A stretch of DNA of 64,000 nt, from positions 18,889-82,888 of IMG/VR virus record IMGVR_UViG_3300034121_000850; one strand, 5' to 3'. Source of the DNA: a virus. Position numbers and translations under genes: made by a program. Below are positions 1 through 9,578 of this stretch, in pieces (the stretch's first letter is position 1; every line of letters starts with the position of its first letter). The notes under the pieces are model-generated. The model did not search any database. It worked only from the letters and a program-made list of their open reading frames with translations, and had not been told where the DNA came from.

Positions 1-1
1 A

Positions 2-136
2 ATAGCTGAAAGATTATTTTGGTTTAAAAATAGTCATTTATATATTGGAAAAAAGTTACAATTAGAATTTTTTGAATACACCAAAGATTTAATACCATTT
101 CATATTACAAGCGTTGTAATTAGAAATTATGAATAA
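2..136 (+). CDS. ATP-dependent DNA ligase, C-terminal OB-fold fragment (5' part outside window)
   Basis: Frame 2 reads IAERLFWFKNSHLYIGKKLQLEFFEYTKDLIPFHITSVVIRNYE*, matching the IGK..x.FFEYT.DG.P.F....RxYE end of phage ATP-dependent ligases. Confidence 0.75.
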   Translation: MAERLFWFKNSHLYIGKKLQLEFFEYTKDLIPFHITSVVIRNYE

Positions 137-160
137 TAAATTAACTAAACTTAAACAAAC

Positions 161-1348
161 ATGGAAAATTATTTTAAAGTAAGTGCAATTAGTAATAGTT
201 CTTTATCTTATATCAATCCTGCACAAGGGGGTTCACCTCAATTCTTTAGAGATTTTAGAGATGGAAGATTAGAGAAAAAAGATAGTACTGGTTTTGAAAA
301 AGGTAATCTTTTGCATACTTATATGCTTGAACCTTCTAAATTTAAAGTTCTTCAATATGAAAAACCTACTGCAATGATGGGGGAATTTGCAGAAGCTTTC
401 ATTAAAGAATTTAAAAATATAGGTATGACCTATACTGAAAGTACTGATATAGAATCTGATGAAAAGAATGCTAAGAAAAATGATGAAAATGTAAATACTA
501 TCATTGATTCTTATAATTTATTAACTGAAAGATTAACACGTTATCTTCCTTTAGGTTATTCTATGTCTAATGAAATTATTGACAATGTTGATACTTTTAT
601 AAAACTTATGCGTTATGTATATAGAAAGAATAATTTTTATAAATCACAAAAAGAACATACATGGTTAAAAGCTTTTGTTGAATCTTCATTAAATTATGTA
701 GAAGAAGCTATCAGTTCTGAAGGTATGATTGGTATTAACTCTGAAGTTAAAAACGCTCTTACTAGAATGATTGAAAGTTTAAAAAGAAAAGAACTATGTG
801 ATTATTTTCTTAATGATAACAGTTTATTACATAAGGGTAAACATACTGAAGTTTTTAATGAGTTAGAATTATTTTGGGTTAAAGAGATAGAATGTCCTGT
901 AACTAATAAAGTAATTAAAACAAATCTAAAAGGTAAAGTAGACCGTCTTATTATTGATTTTGATAATGAAATTGTTTACAATATTGATTTAAAAACAACA
1001 GGTCTTGCATTATCTTTTTATGGTAATAAATATGGAGATTATTTCAAAAGAAAACATTATAGACAAAATGCCTTTTATGATGAAGGTATTAAAAACTATA
1101 TGGTAGAAAACTATTCTGTTGACAATTTTGAAATAAAACATATCAATATTGTAATTGAAACTATGAATCAATTTAATTGTGCTGTTTATGAAACTTACGA
1201 TGAAGTATTAAATCTAGGTTTACATGAAATTAAACAATTATTAGGACGTATAGCTTTTCATGAAATACATGGATGGGATAGTACATTAGAAGAATATATG
1301 AATAAAGGGTATACACCATTAGAACAAATTTTTAACAATTCAAAATAA
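161..1348 (+). CDS. PD-(D/E)XK exonuclease (RecE/ExoVIII, DUF3799-like)
   Basis: N-terminal S.S.L and G..LH...LEP motifs; catalytic E...KGKVD...IDLKTT...Y..Q.AFY. Confidence 0.85.
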   Translation: MENYFKVSAISNSSLSYINPAQGGSPQFFRDFRDGRLEKKDSTGFEKGNLLHTYMLEPSKFKVLQYEKPTAMMGEFAEAFIKEFKNIGMTYTESTDIESDEKNAKKNDENVNTIIDSYNLLTERLTRYLPLGYSMSNEIIDNVDTFIKLMRYVYRKNNFYKSQKEHTWLKAFVESSLNYVEEAISSEGMIGINSEVKNALTRMIESLKRKELCDYFLNDNSLLHKGKHTEVFNELELFWVKEIECPVTNKVIKTNLKGKVDRLIIDFDNEIVYNIDLKTTGLALSFYGNKYGDYFKRKHYRQNAFYDEGIKNYMVENYSVDNFEIKHINIVIETMNQFNCAVYETYDEVLNLGLHEIKQLLGRIAFHEIHGWDSTLEEYMNKGYTPLEQIFNNSK

Positions 1349-1355
1349 ACTTAAC

Positions 1356-2444
1356 ATGGCACACAAATTAGATTTTCAAAGAGGTAATGATAAAGCTGCA
1401 TTTTTCAGCGTTAAAGAGGTTGCATGGCATAAACTTGGTAAAGTTGTAGAGGAAGCACCAAATAGTGAAGAAGCTATTAAATTAGCTGAACTTGATTATG
1501 AGGTTAAAATAGCACCTTTATACGCTACTGTTGGTTCTTTAACAAAAGATGACGCAATGCAAGAAAAAGCAGTATTATCTGCTAGAAGGGGTACAGTAGA
1601 AAATGCAATACCTACTGAATACTTTGGAGTAAAACAAATGCCTATTAATTTTGCTACATATCGTGATGATACAAAACACGTTTTTGGGATAGTTGGTAGT
1701 CGTTATGAAGTAGTTCAAAATAGAGATGCTTTTAATTTCTTTGATGAAATCATTGGAAGTAAAGAAGCTATTTTTGAAACAGCAGGTGCTATCAATGATG
1801 GCGCTACTATCTTTATAACAGCTAAATTACCTGATTATATTCGTGTTAATGGCGATGATGTTATTAATAAGTATTTATTATTTACTTCTTCACATGATGG
1901 AACAAATCCTGTTAGAGCATTATTTACACCTATTAGAGTTGTATGTAATAATACTTTAAGTTTAGCATTAGCTTCTTCAAATGGAGTAACAATTAGACAT
2001 ACTGCAAATGTTCATAACAAAATTAAAGAAGCTGCTAATTTATTAGGAATTGTTAATAAACAAACAGAAGAACTTAATGAATTGTTATCTCAACTTACTA
2101 AAGTTAGAATTGATGAAACTGCTTATTGTAAATACTTAGATTTTGTATTCCTTACAAAAGAAGAAAGACAACAACTTGCTTTAGGAATTGAAAGAACTGA
2201 TATTATCAGTACTAATAAACTAAACATCATCAGTTCTATTAAAGAATATAATGAAGTAGTTGTAAACAATGAATTTGAACATTGTAAAGGTACTATATAT
2301 GGGGCTTATAACTCTGTAACAGGTTATTTACAAAATGTTAAAAAGTATCAATCTGATGATAAAAAGTTTAGTAGTTTATTTTTAGATGATAAAGTTGGGG
2401 TTAAAGCTTTAAATGCAGCTTATAATACTTACCAAAGTTATTAA
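1356..2444 (+). CDS. DUF932 family phage/plasmid protein
   Basis: AWHKLG, G.VG..YE.VQN..AF.FFD, FETAG, SHDG, TPIRVVCNNTL, GT.YGAYN.VT.Y motifs. Confidence 0.9.
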   Translation: MAHKLDFQRGNDKAAFFSVKEVAWHKLGKVVEEAPNSEEAIKLAELDYEVKIAPLYATVGSLTKDDAMQEKAVLSARRGTVENAIPTEYFGVKQMPINFATYRDDTKHVFGIVGSRYEVVQNRDAFNFFDEIIGSKEAIFETAGAINDGATIFITAKLPDYIRVNGDDVINKYLLFTSSHDGTNPVRALFTPIRVVCNNTLSLALASSNGVTIRHTANVHNKIKEAANLLGIVNKQTEELNELLSQLTKVRIDETAYCKYLDFVFLTKEERQQLALGIERTDIISTNKLNIISSIKEYNEVVVNNEFEHCKGTIYGAYNSVTGYLQNVKKYQSDDKKFSSLFLDDKVGVKALNAAYNTYQSY

Positions 2445-2447
2445 TAT

Positions 2448-2483
2448 AAAAGGGGTTCTATGTAAAAGTAGAACCCCTCTTTT
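2448..2483 (+). terminator. Rho-independent terminator (possibly bidirectional)
   Basis: AGGGGTTCTA-8 nt loop-TAGAACCCCT followed by CTTTT and preceded by an A-run, just after the DUF932 stop. Confidence 0.8.
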
Positions 2484-2495
2484 AACTTAATTGTT

Positions 2496-2687
2496 ATGAA
2501 TGTAATAATAGAAGAAAGAATTAAAAAAATTAATGAATTACAAAATAGTTTATCTCAAGAATCTTTTTATGATGAAGTTGGAGATAAACTTAATATTACC
2601 GAATTTGCATTATTTTGTGATGCACAAGTTACAATAGAAACTACTTTAGACGAATTAAAAGCAATATTAACCAAAATAAATAAATAA
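2496..2687 (+). CDS. hypothetical protein
   Basis: 63-aa ORF in operon context. Confidence 0.65.
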   Translation: MNVIIEERIKKINELQNSLSQESFYDEVGDKLNITEFALFCDAQVTIETTLDELKAILTKINK

Positions 2688-2691
2688 ACAA

Positions 2692-3039
2692 ATGGAATTA
2701 CTTAGAGAACCAACCAATGATGAGTTAAAAAGATTTTTTGAAGAATTTGTACCTGTTAATAATTTTATTGCAGTTATACCTCCACAAGTTAAAGCTAAAA
2801 CAGCAGGGGGAATACATAAAACTGATTTAGAATTAAAGCAAGAACTTAATGCACAAAATAATTCTCCGATGCTTGTAATACATACAGGTGGAAATGAAGC
2901 TTTAAAAGTATTTGATAAAGTTATATTTTCAAGACACGCTGAACCTGATTACATTTTTCAACACCCAGTGCATAAAGGTTATCAGATAAGACTATATAAC
3001 TTTATATATGTAGTTGCTACTGTTAAACAAGACGCGTAA
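2692..3039 (+). CDS. GroES/Cpn10-like co-chaperonin
   Basis: PVNNFIAV..KTAGGI and LKVFDKVIFSRHA resemble GroES PLxDRVxV, KTxGGI mobile loop and VKVGDxVxF. Confidence 0.65.
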   Translation: MELLREPTNDELKRFFEEFVPVNNFIAVIPPQVKAKTAGGIHKTDLELKQELNAQNNSPMLVIHTGGNEALKVFDKVIFSRHAEPDYIFQHPVHKGYQIRLYNFIYVVATVKQDA

Positions 3040-3269
3040 TGTTAAAGATTATCAAGGTATCAAGTAAAACACCTATAAAGAAAGTAAGTAAGACTTTAGT
3101 TATTAAACCTGTAAAAGGAAATACTAACTTATTAACTACTTCGGATATATATAAAATACCATTAGATAACGGAGTTATTAGTTCTAAACATGGTTTTATA
3201 GGTAAAAGGATATTTTGTGCTAAAATATGTATGTTTAGTGGTAAATCAAGTATGCCTGATAAGATTTAA
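3039..3269 (+). CDS. hypothetical basic protein
   Basis: 76-aa ORF coupled to the previous gene (TAATG overlap). Confidence 0.5.
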   Translation: MLKIIKVSSKTPIKKVSKTLVIKPVKGNTNLLTTSDIYKIPLDNGVISSKHGFIGKRIFCAKICMFSGKSSMPDKI

Positions 3270-3286
3270 GTCAAAAAACAACGTAC

Positions 3287-3345
3287 AAAAAAAAGCCTTC
3301 TGCACCAATACCTTAACGGTTTTGATGTAGGAGGCTTAACTTTTT
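3287..3345. terminator. bidirectional terminator between convergent gene blocks
   Basis: A8 run, AAGCCTTCTGCA...TGTAGGAGGCTT stem, then a T-run, at the +/- convergence point. Confidence 0.7.
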
Positions 3346-3357
3346 GTTATAGTATGT

Positions 3358-6300
3358 TTAATTCGCGCTATACAACTTATAGTACCTATTATTATTCTCA
3401 AGATTAAACCATTTATCAATTTGATTTGCTAATGGTAAAGTCTTTATAAATTGCACTTGTACTTTCAATTCACCATGTCTTGCACCCCCGCGATAATAAT
3501 TTTTATCCTCTTGACCTGCAATAATATTTAAAGGATATTTAGCAACATTAGTTAAAAGTGTTAATATATCAGAACTAGCTTTAAAAGCAGCAGCAGGATT
3601 TTGAACTAATTTTTGTGATTCATTTATCCAACCATAAGGACTGTATGTATTTAATTCGCTTGCTATACCATCTAATTCATATAAAGCAAGATTATAAAAA
3701 GTAGAAGCTTTTAAATCTTCATCGTCATCTGCAAAAGAACGTAATAATCCTACTAATGCGAGGAATGCAACTACTGTAATCATTTCTAATAAAAACCTTT
3801 TAATTTCTCCTTTTTCTATATCAGATAATTCAAACCAATATATTTGTAAATTTTGTACAAACTCAGCATAATTATTAATTACACTACCAAGAGTTGCATA
3901 AAAATCCCTATCACCATCTTCATTCCAATGAAAATCTTTAGCTTCTTTAAAAGGTCTTGTAAGAAATTTCCAAGCAGAAATATAATCTCCAGTACTAGCA
4001 TAACCTAATGATTCATTATGTATAGTTTCACCAAAAACTTGTCCAAATCTTTTATTCCAACCAGGCATAGCCCAATGTCTAAATTGCATAATTAATTGAC
4101 CTGTAATAGTATGTTCTATCGTACCTTTATCAAAAGTATTATATATACCATGTATTCTATGATTTACTGCCATTATTTTTCTACGAAATGCACTTTCATC
4201 AAGAATACTTATACCACTATTAGGTTTTAATACAGCTAACCCATCTTTTAATTCATACATTTCTAAAACTTTTTTATAAGTTTTAAATTCTTCTTTTGCT
4301 TTTAAAACTTTTTCATTATACTCCTCCATAAGAGTAGGATTTTTTATAATTTCTTCTTTGGTAGGTTTATTTAATGATTCTTTATACATTCTAAAGTTCA
4401 TAATTTTACCACCAATTACTCTATGTGAGTGCATCATACTAAACATACCAGTCATTTGCATTTGATGTTCTGCACCATTCATCATAAAGAAACCAAAATC
4501 ATTTACTCTTTGTAAAGCTGTTTCTTTAGAAAATTCAAAATTATTATTCTTTTCAGATAATTCACGAGTATCCTGATAAATACCAAATCTTTTAATTAAA
4601 GCATTTTCTATTGAACTTGCGTTAGTAATATCGTCATTTTGCATATCTGTAAAATAACTTCCTAAACCATTATGATATGAACGCATACCACTTGCAAAAG
4701 ATTCTCTATCAAAATCTATTTCAGAACCTGATTCAATAGCCATTTGTATCATACCATAACCTTCATTTTTAATTGCAGCAAACATATTCAAATATAATCC
4801 TTTTAAAGATATAAACTGTTTTAAACCTTGTCCTAATTTAGTTTTCAAACCTTCATCTTCTAAATAATTACCTTCATAAAGCATTTCAATAAATAAATCA
4901 ATATGTTTAAGAACATTTGAATCTTTAGCGTCTACTAATACATTAGTAGAAGTTCCAGTAGCTTTAGACCTTAGTAAATCTAAAATTGAACCTTTTCCAT
5001 CTTGTCTAATAATTTTACTATTAGCTATTGCATATCTTAATAAAGTTATATCAGATTTTATATGTTGCATCATTTCATGGGAAACAGCAGCTTCAATAAA
5101 TTTAGGAAAAGTTTTACCTAAATCTAAATTAATAGAATTTTTATGTAGTTCTAAATTAGCAAGTTTTATTTCATTATTCTTATCTATAACTTCTTGTAAT
5201 GTTTTAAATTCACCAAGTTCAAGATACTCTAAATGAGATAGTACACTTGCTTCATAAGCTTCGGGAGTTTCACCTCTCATTTTTCTCCTTACAGGTAAAA
5301 GTTTTTCAGCACCAAGTAAACCTATAAAACGTAAAGGTGTTATAAGTACTTTTTCTCCTGATATATCAATTACTTGTTCATGAGGTTTTTTAGGTTTCTT
5401 TTTTTCTAATTTAATATATTCTTCAGTACCCATTGAAGGTATATTAGCTTCAGCAGCAGTTAAATTAGTATGTTTTAAAAGGTCAGCAAATTCTTTTTTA
5501 AAGTATGTATAAAATTCAAAAGCTTCGGGTTTACTTTTTAATACATCATAACCAGGATTAATCCAATTAGAATTTGGTAAAGCCATACCTTTAGCATCAG
5601 CTTTAAATTTAGGATTTATAAATTGAGATTTAACTTTACTACTTGTATAAACTCCACCAGGCATTAACATACTATCATAATATTCAACAATTTGTCCTTT
5701 TATTACAGTAGAAACAAGATTAATACTTAAATCCTTTGGCATTATAGTTGTCCATATACGAATAGGCTCAATTTTTTTAGTATAAGGATTTTCAGTATGA
5801 TTTAATTTATACCATGCAGTATCTTCAAAACCATTTTTTAATTTTTTAGTTCTTTTTGCGTAAAGGTCTATTTGCTTTGCAAGTTCAATATCGTAATATT
5901 CAGTAGTTTGAAAATCAACTAAATCTTGAAATTCTTTTAAAGCATCATCAAAATCAGCATTAGCAGGACCATCATATTCTTCTTCAGATTTAACAGAATC
6001 TTGTAATCTTCTAATTTTAAGAGCAACCTTTTCAGGAACTAAATGTCCCATAACTCTTCCTTGGTCATCAAGATAAGGTTTAGTTAACTTTTTAATTTCC
6101 TCATTAATGTCTACATTAGAGTCACTTCTAAGAATACTTAAAATTCCATTAAATTTATCCCAAAATGCAGGAGAAGGTTTAAAATTTCTTTGTATAGTAT
6201 GTTTAGATGTATCTGTATTTTTAATTGCTTTAAATTTTGCTAAATCATCTAATACTTCTTGTAATGGTACAATTAAAAATGATTCCATCATTTCAGTAAT

Positions 6301-9300
6301 ATCTTCATAATATTTAGCTAATTCTTTAGCATCTATATATTCTTGAGAAGCTACTTCAAAATTGTTAGGGTCACTATAAAATGCAGATAATGTTTTTAAT
6401 TCTCCTAATTCTTTTCTTTCTTGATATTTTATAGATTTACTATTAAAAGTTTTCTTTTTATAAGCTAATGTACCCTTATCTTTATCTAAAGTTTTTACAG
6501 TTTCTTTATTATACTTACTTAAAATTTTATTTTTAGCAGTTCTACTACTTATTACAAAATTTCTATTCTTTTCAGATAATTTTTGTTCTAAAGTGTAAAA
6601 TTCTTTAGTATATTGTTGTTGAGTATTTTCAGTATAAAAATCATTAATTATTTTTATTCTTTTTACATCATCATCTGCTAAATCAACAACAGATTCATAC
6701 ATAGCAGTTAAAGCATCATTAAAACCTTTAATATCATATTCATGAATAAGATTTTTATTCTCATCAATAAGGTCTATAATAGAATATTTTGATTCTGTAA
6801 ATTTAGCCCACCTTTTTTTAAATTGATTAATTTTTGCTATTGTTTTAGTATGTACTTTATGTTCATTTACTGCAAGAAGTTTAGCAAAATTAGCACCAAG
6901 AGCGTGTCTACTGTAAGATAAACTATCTGTTTTAAGAGCTATAGCAGTTTCATCAATAAGACCATCTTGGAATATTGTAGCAGCGTGTTTAATTACATTA
7001 GGGTCATTACTTGTTCTTGCAAAAGATTCTTGATACCTATCTAATAATACTTGAAAATTTTGTCTTAATTTATTAATTCTATTAGAATTTTTTTCAATAG
7101 TAAAAATAGTTGCATTAATAGTTTTTTTAAGAGCTTTTACTTCAGTAGTATCTGTTTCAAATATATCAATGTTTTTTAAATTTTTAGCTGCACTTGTACG
7201 GACTAAAAACTTTCTAATTCTTTCAACATATTCAGCTAATTTTCTTGCATCATCAGAATAGAAATTTTCTCCACCTTTTGCTATAAGCATTCTATTTATA
7301 AAAGTTTCAAAATCAAGTAAAGACTCTTTTTCAAATAAAACAGTTTTAGTTAAACTTCTTTTAATTTTACCTAAATTTTCTCTATTTAATAAATCAGCGG
7401 CTTCTATTTGCATTTTTTGTAAAAACCGTTCTTCTTCTAATACAGTATTAATCTTTGCAATAGAATCTTGTTGAGTTAAATTATTTCTAAATTGTAACTT
7501 ATGTAAATGTAATTGTGCTCTTTCATCTTCAAGATATTTTAAAACAGATTTAAGTTGCTCTATATCTTGAGCATCTTTTTGCCACATTAAAGTATCTTCA
7601 AGACGTTCATCAATTATTGTTTTAAGTTCCCCTGTAATTAAATCATCCGCTAATTGTTTGATTGCATCATCATTTAATCCTAGAAAATTACTTATTTTAG
7701 TAAATAATCTATTTAACCAATACTTCCATGTTTTAACTTCTTCAGCTGTATCATAAAGTTCATCAGCTTTAATTCCAATAGCAGTAGTAAGCACTTCTTT
7801 GGCTAAATCTTGTTCTGAAAGTTCGGGATAAATACGCTTTGTTTTAGTCCATAACATTGTACCTCTTAGCTGTTCTATTCCACGTTGAACAACTGGGTTA
7901 GTATAACCTAAAATGTCTATAAATAGATGCCCAAATTCATGGAACACACTATCAGTTAGACGTTTATTAGGGTCAATATTAATGGTTATATTACCATTAA
8001 CTACTTTATAATAATTCCCTTCTTCTTTCTCTGTAAAATTAACTTTAACTCCAGCTTTATTAAAAATATCTACAAGTTTTTTCTTTTTACGTTGATATTT
8101 TATATCAGAATCTATTGGTTCTGTTTTATTACCTAAATATTCTTTTTGATTTGAAACTTCTTCTTCTTCAGCTTTTACTAAAGTTACATCATTAAAAACA
8201 AAATGTCTAAAACCTTTTGCAGGTTGTTGAATTTCTTCTTTAACACTATAAGGTTTAAAATTAAAGAAATCATTTAAATCTTTCATTCTACCCATTAGAA
8301 TTTTAGCACTAATAATAGAAGTCCAAGATTGAATATTAGAATTTATATCACTACTTAAAGTATCTGCATCACTTGTAAAAATATCTATAACGTGGTCACC
8401 TATACTACCTGTAATAGTTAATGTATTATTTTTAGAAAAAACTTTTTCTACTGTATATTCAGGATATAATTTTTTTATAGCTTTTATATAATCAAATTGT
8501 TCTACAATTTTTCGTACATTTCTTTTTTTATCGCCATTTAATTTATAAGTTTTAAATACTTTTATAAGTTTATTAACATTATTATTATCAGTTAAAGATA
8601 GATTTTTAGTTAAAATAGTAAAATCTAAATCATGTAAATTTTCTTTTTCAGAACGAAATAACGTACCTTGTAATCTTAACGCTAAACTACCTGTTAAAAG
8701 AAATTTTAAATCAAAGAAGTTATTAATAATACTTTCAGCTTTTGCGTCTTTTTTAATAGTTTCTTCATAATTAGTTAACTGAACATCAGATTCTAAATTT
8801 TTAGAAAATTTATCAAAATTACTATTTATAATATCATTAGCAAAAGAATCAATTAAATTTATTACATCTTCTTTAGTAAATTCTTTTTCAACAGTTTTAA
8901 ATAATTTTTCAAATAATTGTTTTAACTCTTTTAAAATACTTTCAAGAAAAGAAAGTTCTTTAGCAGTACCTTTACCCCAATAATCAGCTTTTCTATGAAT
9001 ATAACTATCTTTAGGGTGTTCAAAATTATTTTTAATAGCATCTGCTAAATAATCTATTACAATTAATTTTTTAATTTGAGGAACACTTAAATTAGGACTT
9101 TTAGTTTTATATTCTTCAAATTTTTCATTATAATTGTCTAATTTTTCAATATTAAAAAATAAATCTGTTCTAACTTTATTTAACCTTCCAAGCATTGAAT
9201 AAGCTACATAAGCAGCTTCTTTTGGTAAAGTTTTAAAAGTTTCAGAATCTTTAATTAAAATAACTTTATATAATAAATCAGTAGCACTTAAAGCATTGTA

Positions 9301-9570
9301 ACCTGTTATGTCTTTTAAATTTTTTACAAATTCAATATCAAAACCTAATGTGTTTACAAAACTTAATAATTTATAATCTAAAGTTTCAGTATCTTGTGCA
9401 TCAAAATTTTGATTTTCAAGTTTACTTGCCCAAAATTCTATATATTCATTAACTTTACTCATTTCGGGAACTTCTTCACCATTATGAATAAATACTTTGT
9501 AAGCATTAGTTTCACCTAAAGCATTAACTAATCTAACCCATTCAGCAGAATTTTTATTTGGACATTTCAT
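3358..9570 (-). CDS. large virion cargo (injected) protein downstream of RNAP, with nucleotidyltransferase-like and zincin-like domains
   Basis: 2070 aa at the crAss position after the RNAP gene; VFHEFGH zincin motif; LTGSLAL...HDLDF NTase-like motif; C-terminal G.YN..DK..IE....GQL.MQFRHW...G...RF and a hydrophobic helix typical of this crAss family. Confidence 0.8.
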   Translation of the reverse strand: MKCPNKNSAEWVRLVNALGETNAYKVFIHNGEEVPEMSKVNEYIEFWASKLENQNFDAQDTETLDYKLLSFVNTLGFDIEFVKNLKDITGYNALSATDLLYKVILIKDSETFKTLPKEAAYVAYSMLGRLNKVRTDLFFNIEKLDNYNEKFEEYKTKSPNLSVPQIKKLIVIDYLADAIKNNFEHPKDSYIHRKADYWGKGTAKELSFLESILKELKQLFEKLFKTVEKEFTKEDVINLIDSFANDIINSNFDKFSKNLESDVQLTNYEETIKKDAKAESIINNFFDLKFLLTGSLALRLQGTLFRSEKENLHDLDFTILTKNLSLTDNNNVNKLIKVFKTYKLNGDKKRNVRKIVEQFDYIKAIKKLYPEYTVEKVFSKNNTLTITGSIGDHVIDIFTSDADTLSSDINSNIQSWTSIISAKILMGRMKDLNDFFNFKPYSVKEEIQQPAKGFRHFVFNDVTLVKAEEEEVSNQKEYLGNKTEPIDSDIKYQRKKKKLVDIFNKAGVKVNFTEKEEGNYYKVVNGNITINIDPNKRLTDSVFHEFGHLFIDILGYTNPVVQRGIEQLRGTMLWTKTKRIYPELSEQDLAKEVLTTAIGIKADELYDTAEEVKTWKYWLNRLFTKISNFLGLNDDAIKQLADDLITGELKTIIDERLEDTLMWQKDAQDIEQLKSVLKYLEDERAQLHLHKLQFRNNLTQQDSIAKINTVLEEERFLQKMQIEAADLLNRENLGKIKRSLTKTVLFEKESLLDFETFINRMLIAKGGENFYSDDARKLAEYVERIRKFLVRTSAAKNLKNIDIFETDTTEVKALKKTINATIFTIEKNSNRINKLRQNFQVLLDRYQESFARTSNDPNVIKHAATIFQDGLIDETAIALKTDSLSYSRHALGANFAKLLAVNEHKVHTKTIAKINQFKKRWAKFTESKYSIIDLIDENKNLIHEYDIKGFNDALTAMYESVVDLADDDVKRIKIINDFYTENTQQQYTKEFYTLEQKLSEKNRNFVISSRTAKNKILSKYNKETVKTLDKDKGTLAYKKKTFNSKSIKYQERKELGELKTLSAFYSDPNNFEVASQEYIDAKELAKYYEDITEMMESFLIVPLQEVLDDLAKFKAIKNTDTSKHTIQRNFKPSPAFWDKFNGILSILRSDSNVDINEEIKKLTKPYLDDQGRVMGHLVPEKVALKIRRLQDSVKSEEEYDGPANADFDDALKEFQDLVDFQTTEYYDIELAKQIDLYAKRTKKLKNGFEDTAWYKLNHTENPYTKKIEPIRIWTTIMPKDLSINLVSTVIKGQIVEYYDSMLMPGGVYTSSKVKSQFINPKFKADAKGMALPNSNWINPGYDVLKSKPEAFEFYTYFKKEFADLLKHTNLTAAEANIPSMGTEEYIKLEKKKPKKPHEQVIDISGEKVLITPLRFIGLLGAEKLLPVRRKMRGETPEAYEASVLSHLEYLELGEFKTLQEVIDKNNEIKLANLELHKNSINLDLGKTFPKFIEAAVSHEMMQHIKSDITLLRYAIANSKIIRQDGKGSILDLLRSKATGTSTNVLVDAKDSNVLKHIDLFIEMLYEGNYLEDEGLKTKLGQGLKQFISLKGLYLNMFAAIKNEGYGMIQMAIESGSEIDFDRESFASGMRSYHNGLGSYFTDMQNDDITNASSIENALIKRFGIYQDTRELSEKNNNFEFSKETALQRVNDFGFFMMNGAEHQMQMTGMFSMMHSHRVIGGKIMNFRMYKESLNKPTKEEIIKNPTLMEEYNEKVLKAKEEFKTYKKVLEMYELKDGLAVLKPNSGISILDESAFRRKIMAVNHRIHGIYNTFDKGTIEHTITGQLIMQFRHWAMPGWNKRFGQVFGETIHNESLGYASTGDYISAWKFLTRPFKEAKDFHWNEDGDRDFYATLGSVINNYAEFVQNLQIYWFELSDIEKGEIKRFLLEMITVVAFLALVGLLRSFADDDEDLKASTFYNLALYELDGIASELNTYSPYGWINESQKLVQNPAAAFKASSDILTLLTNVAKYPLNIIAGQEDKNYYRGGARHGELKVQVQFIKTLPLANQIDKWFNLENNNRYYKLYSAN

Positions 9571-9578
9571 ATTTAAAA

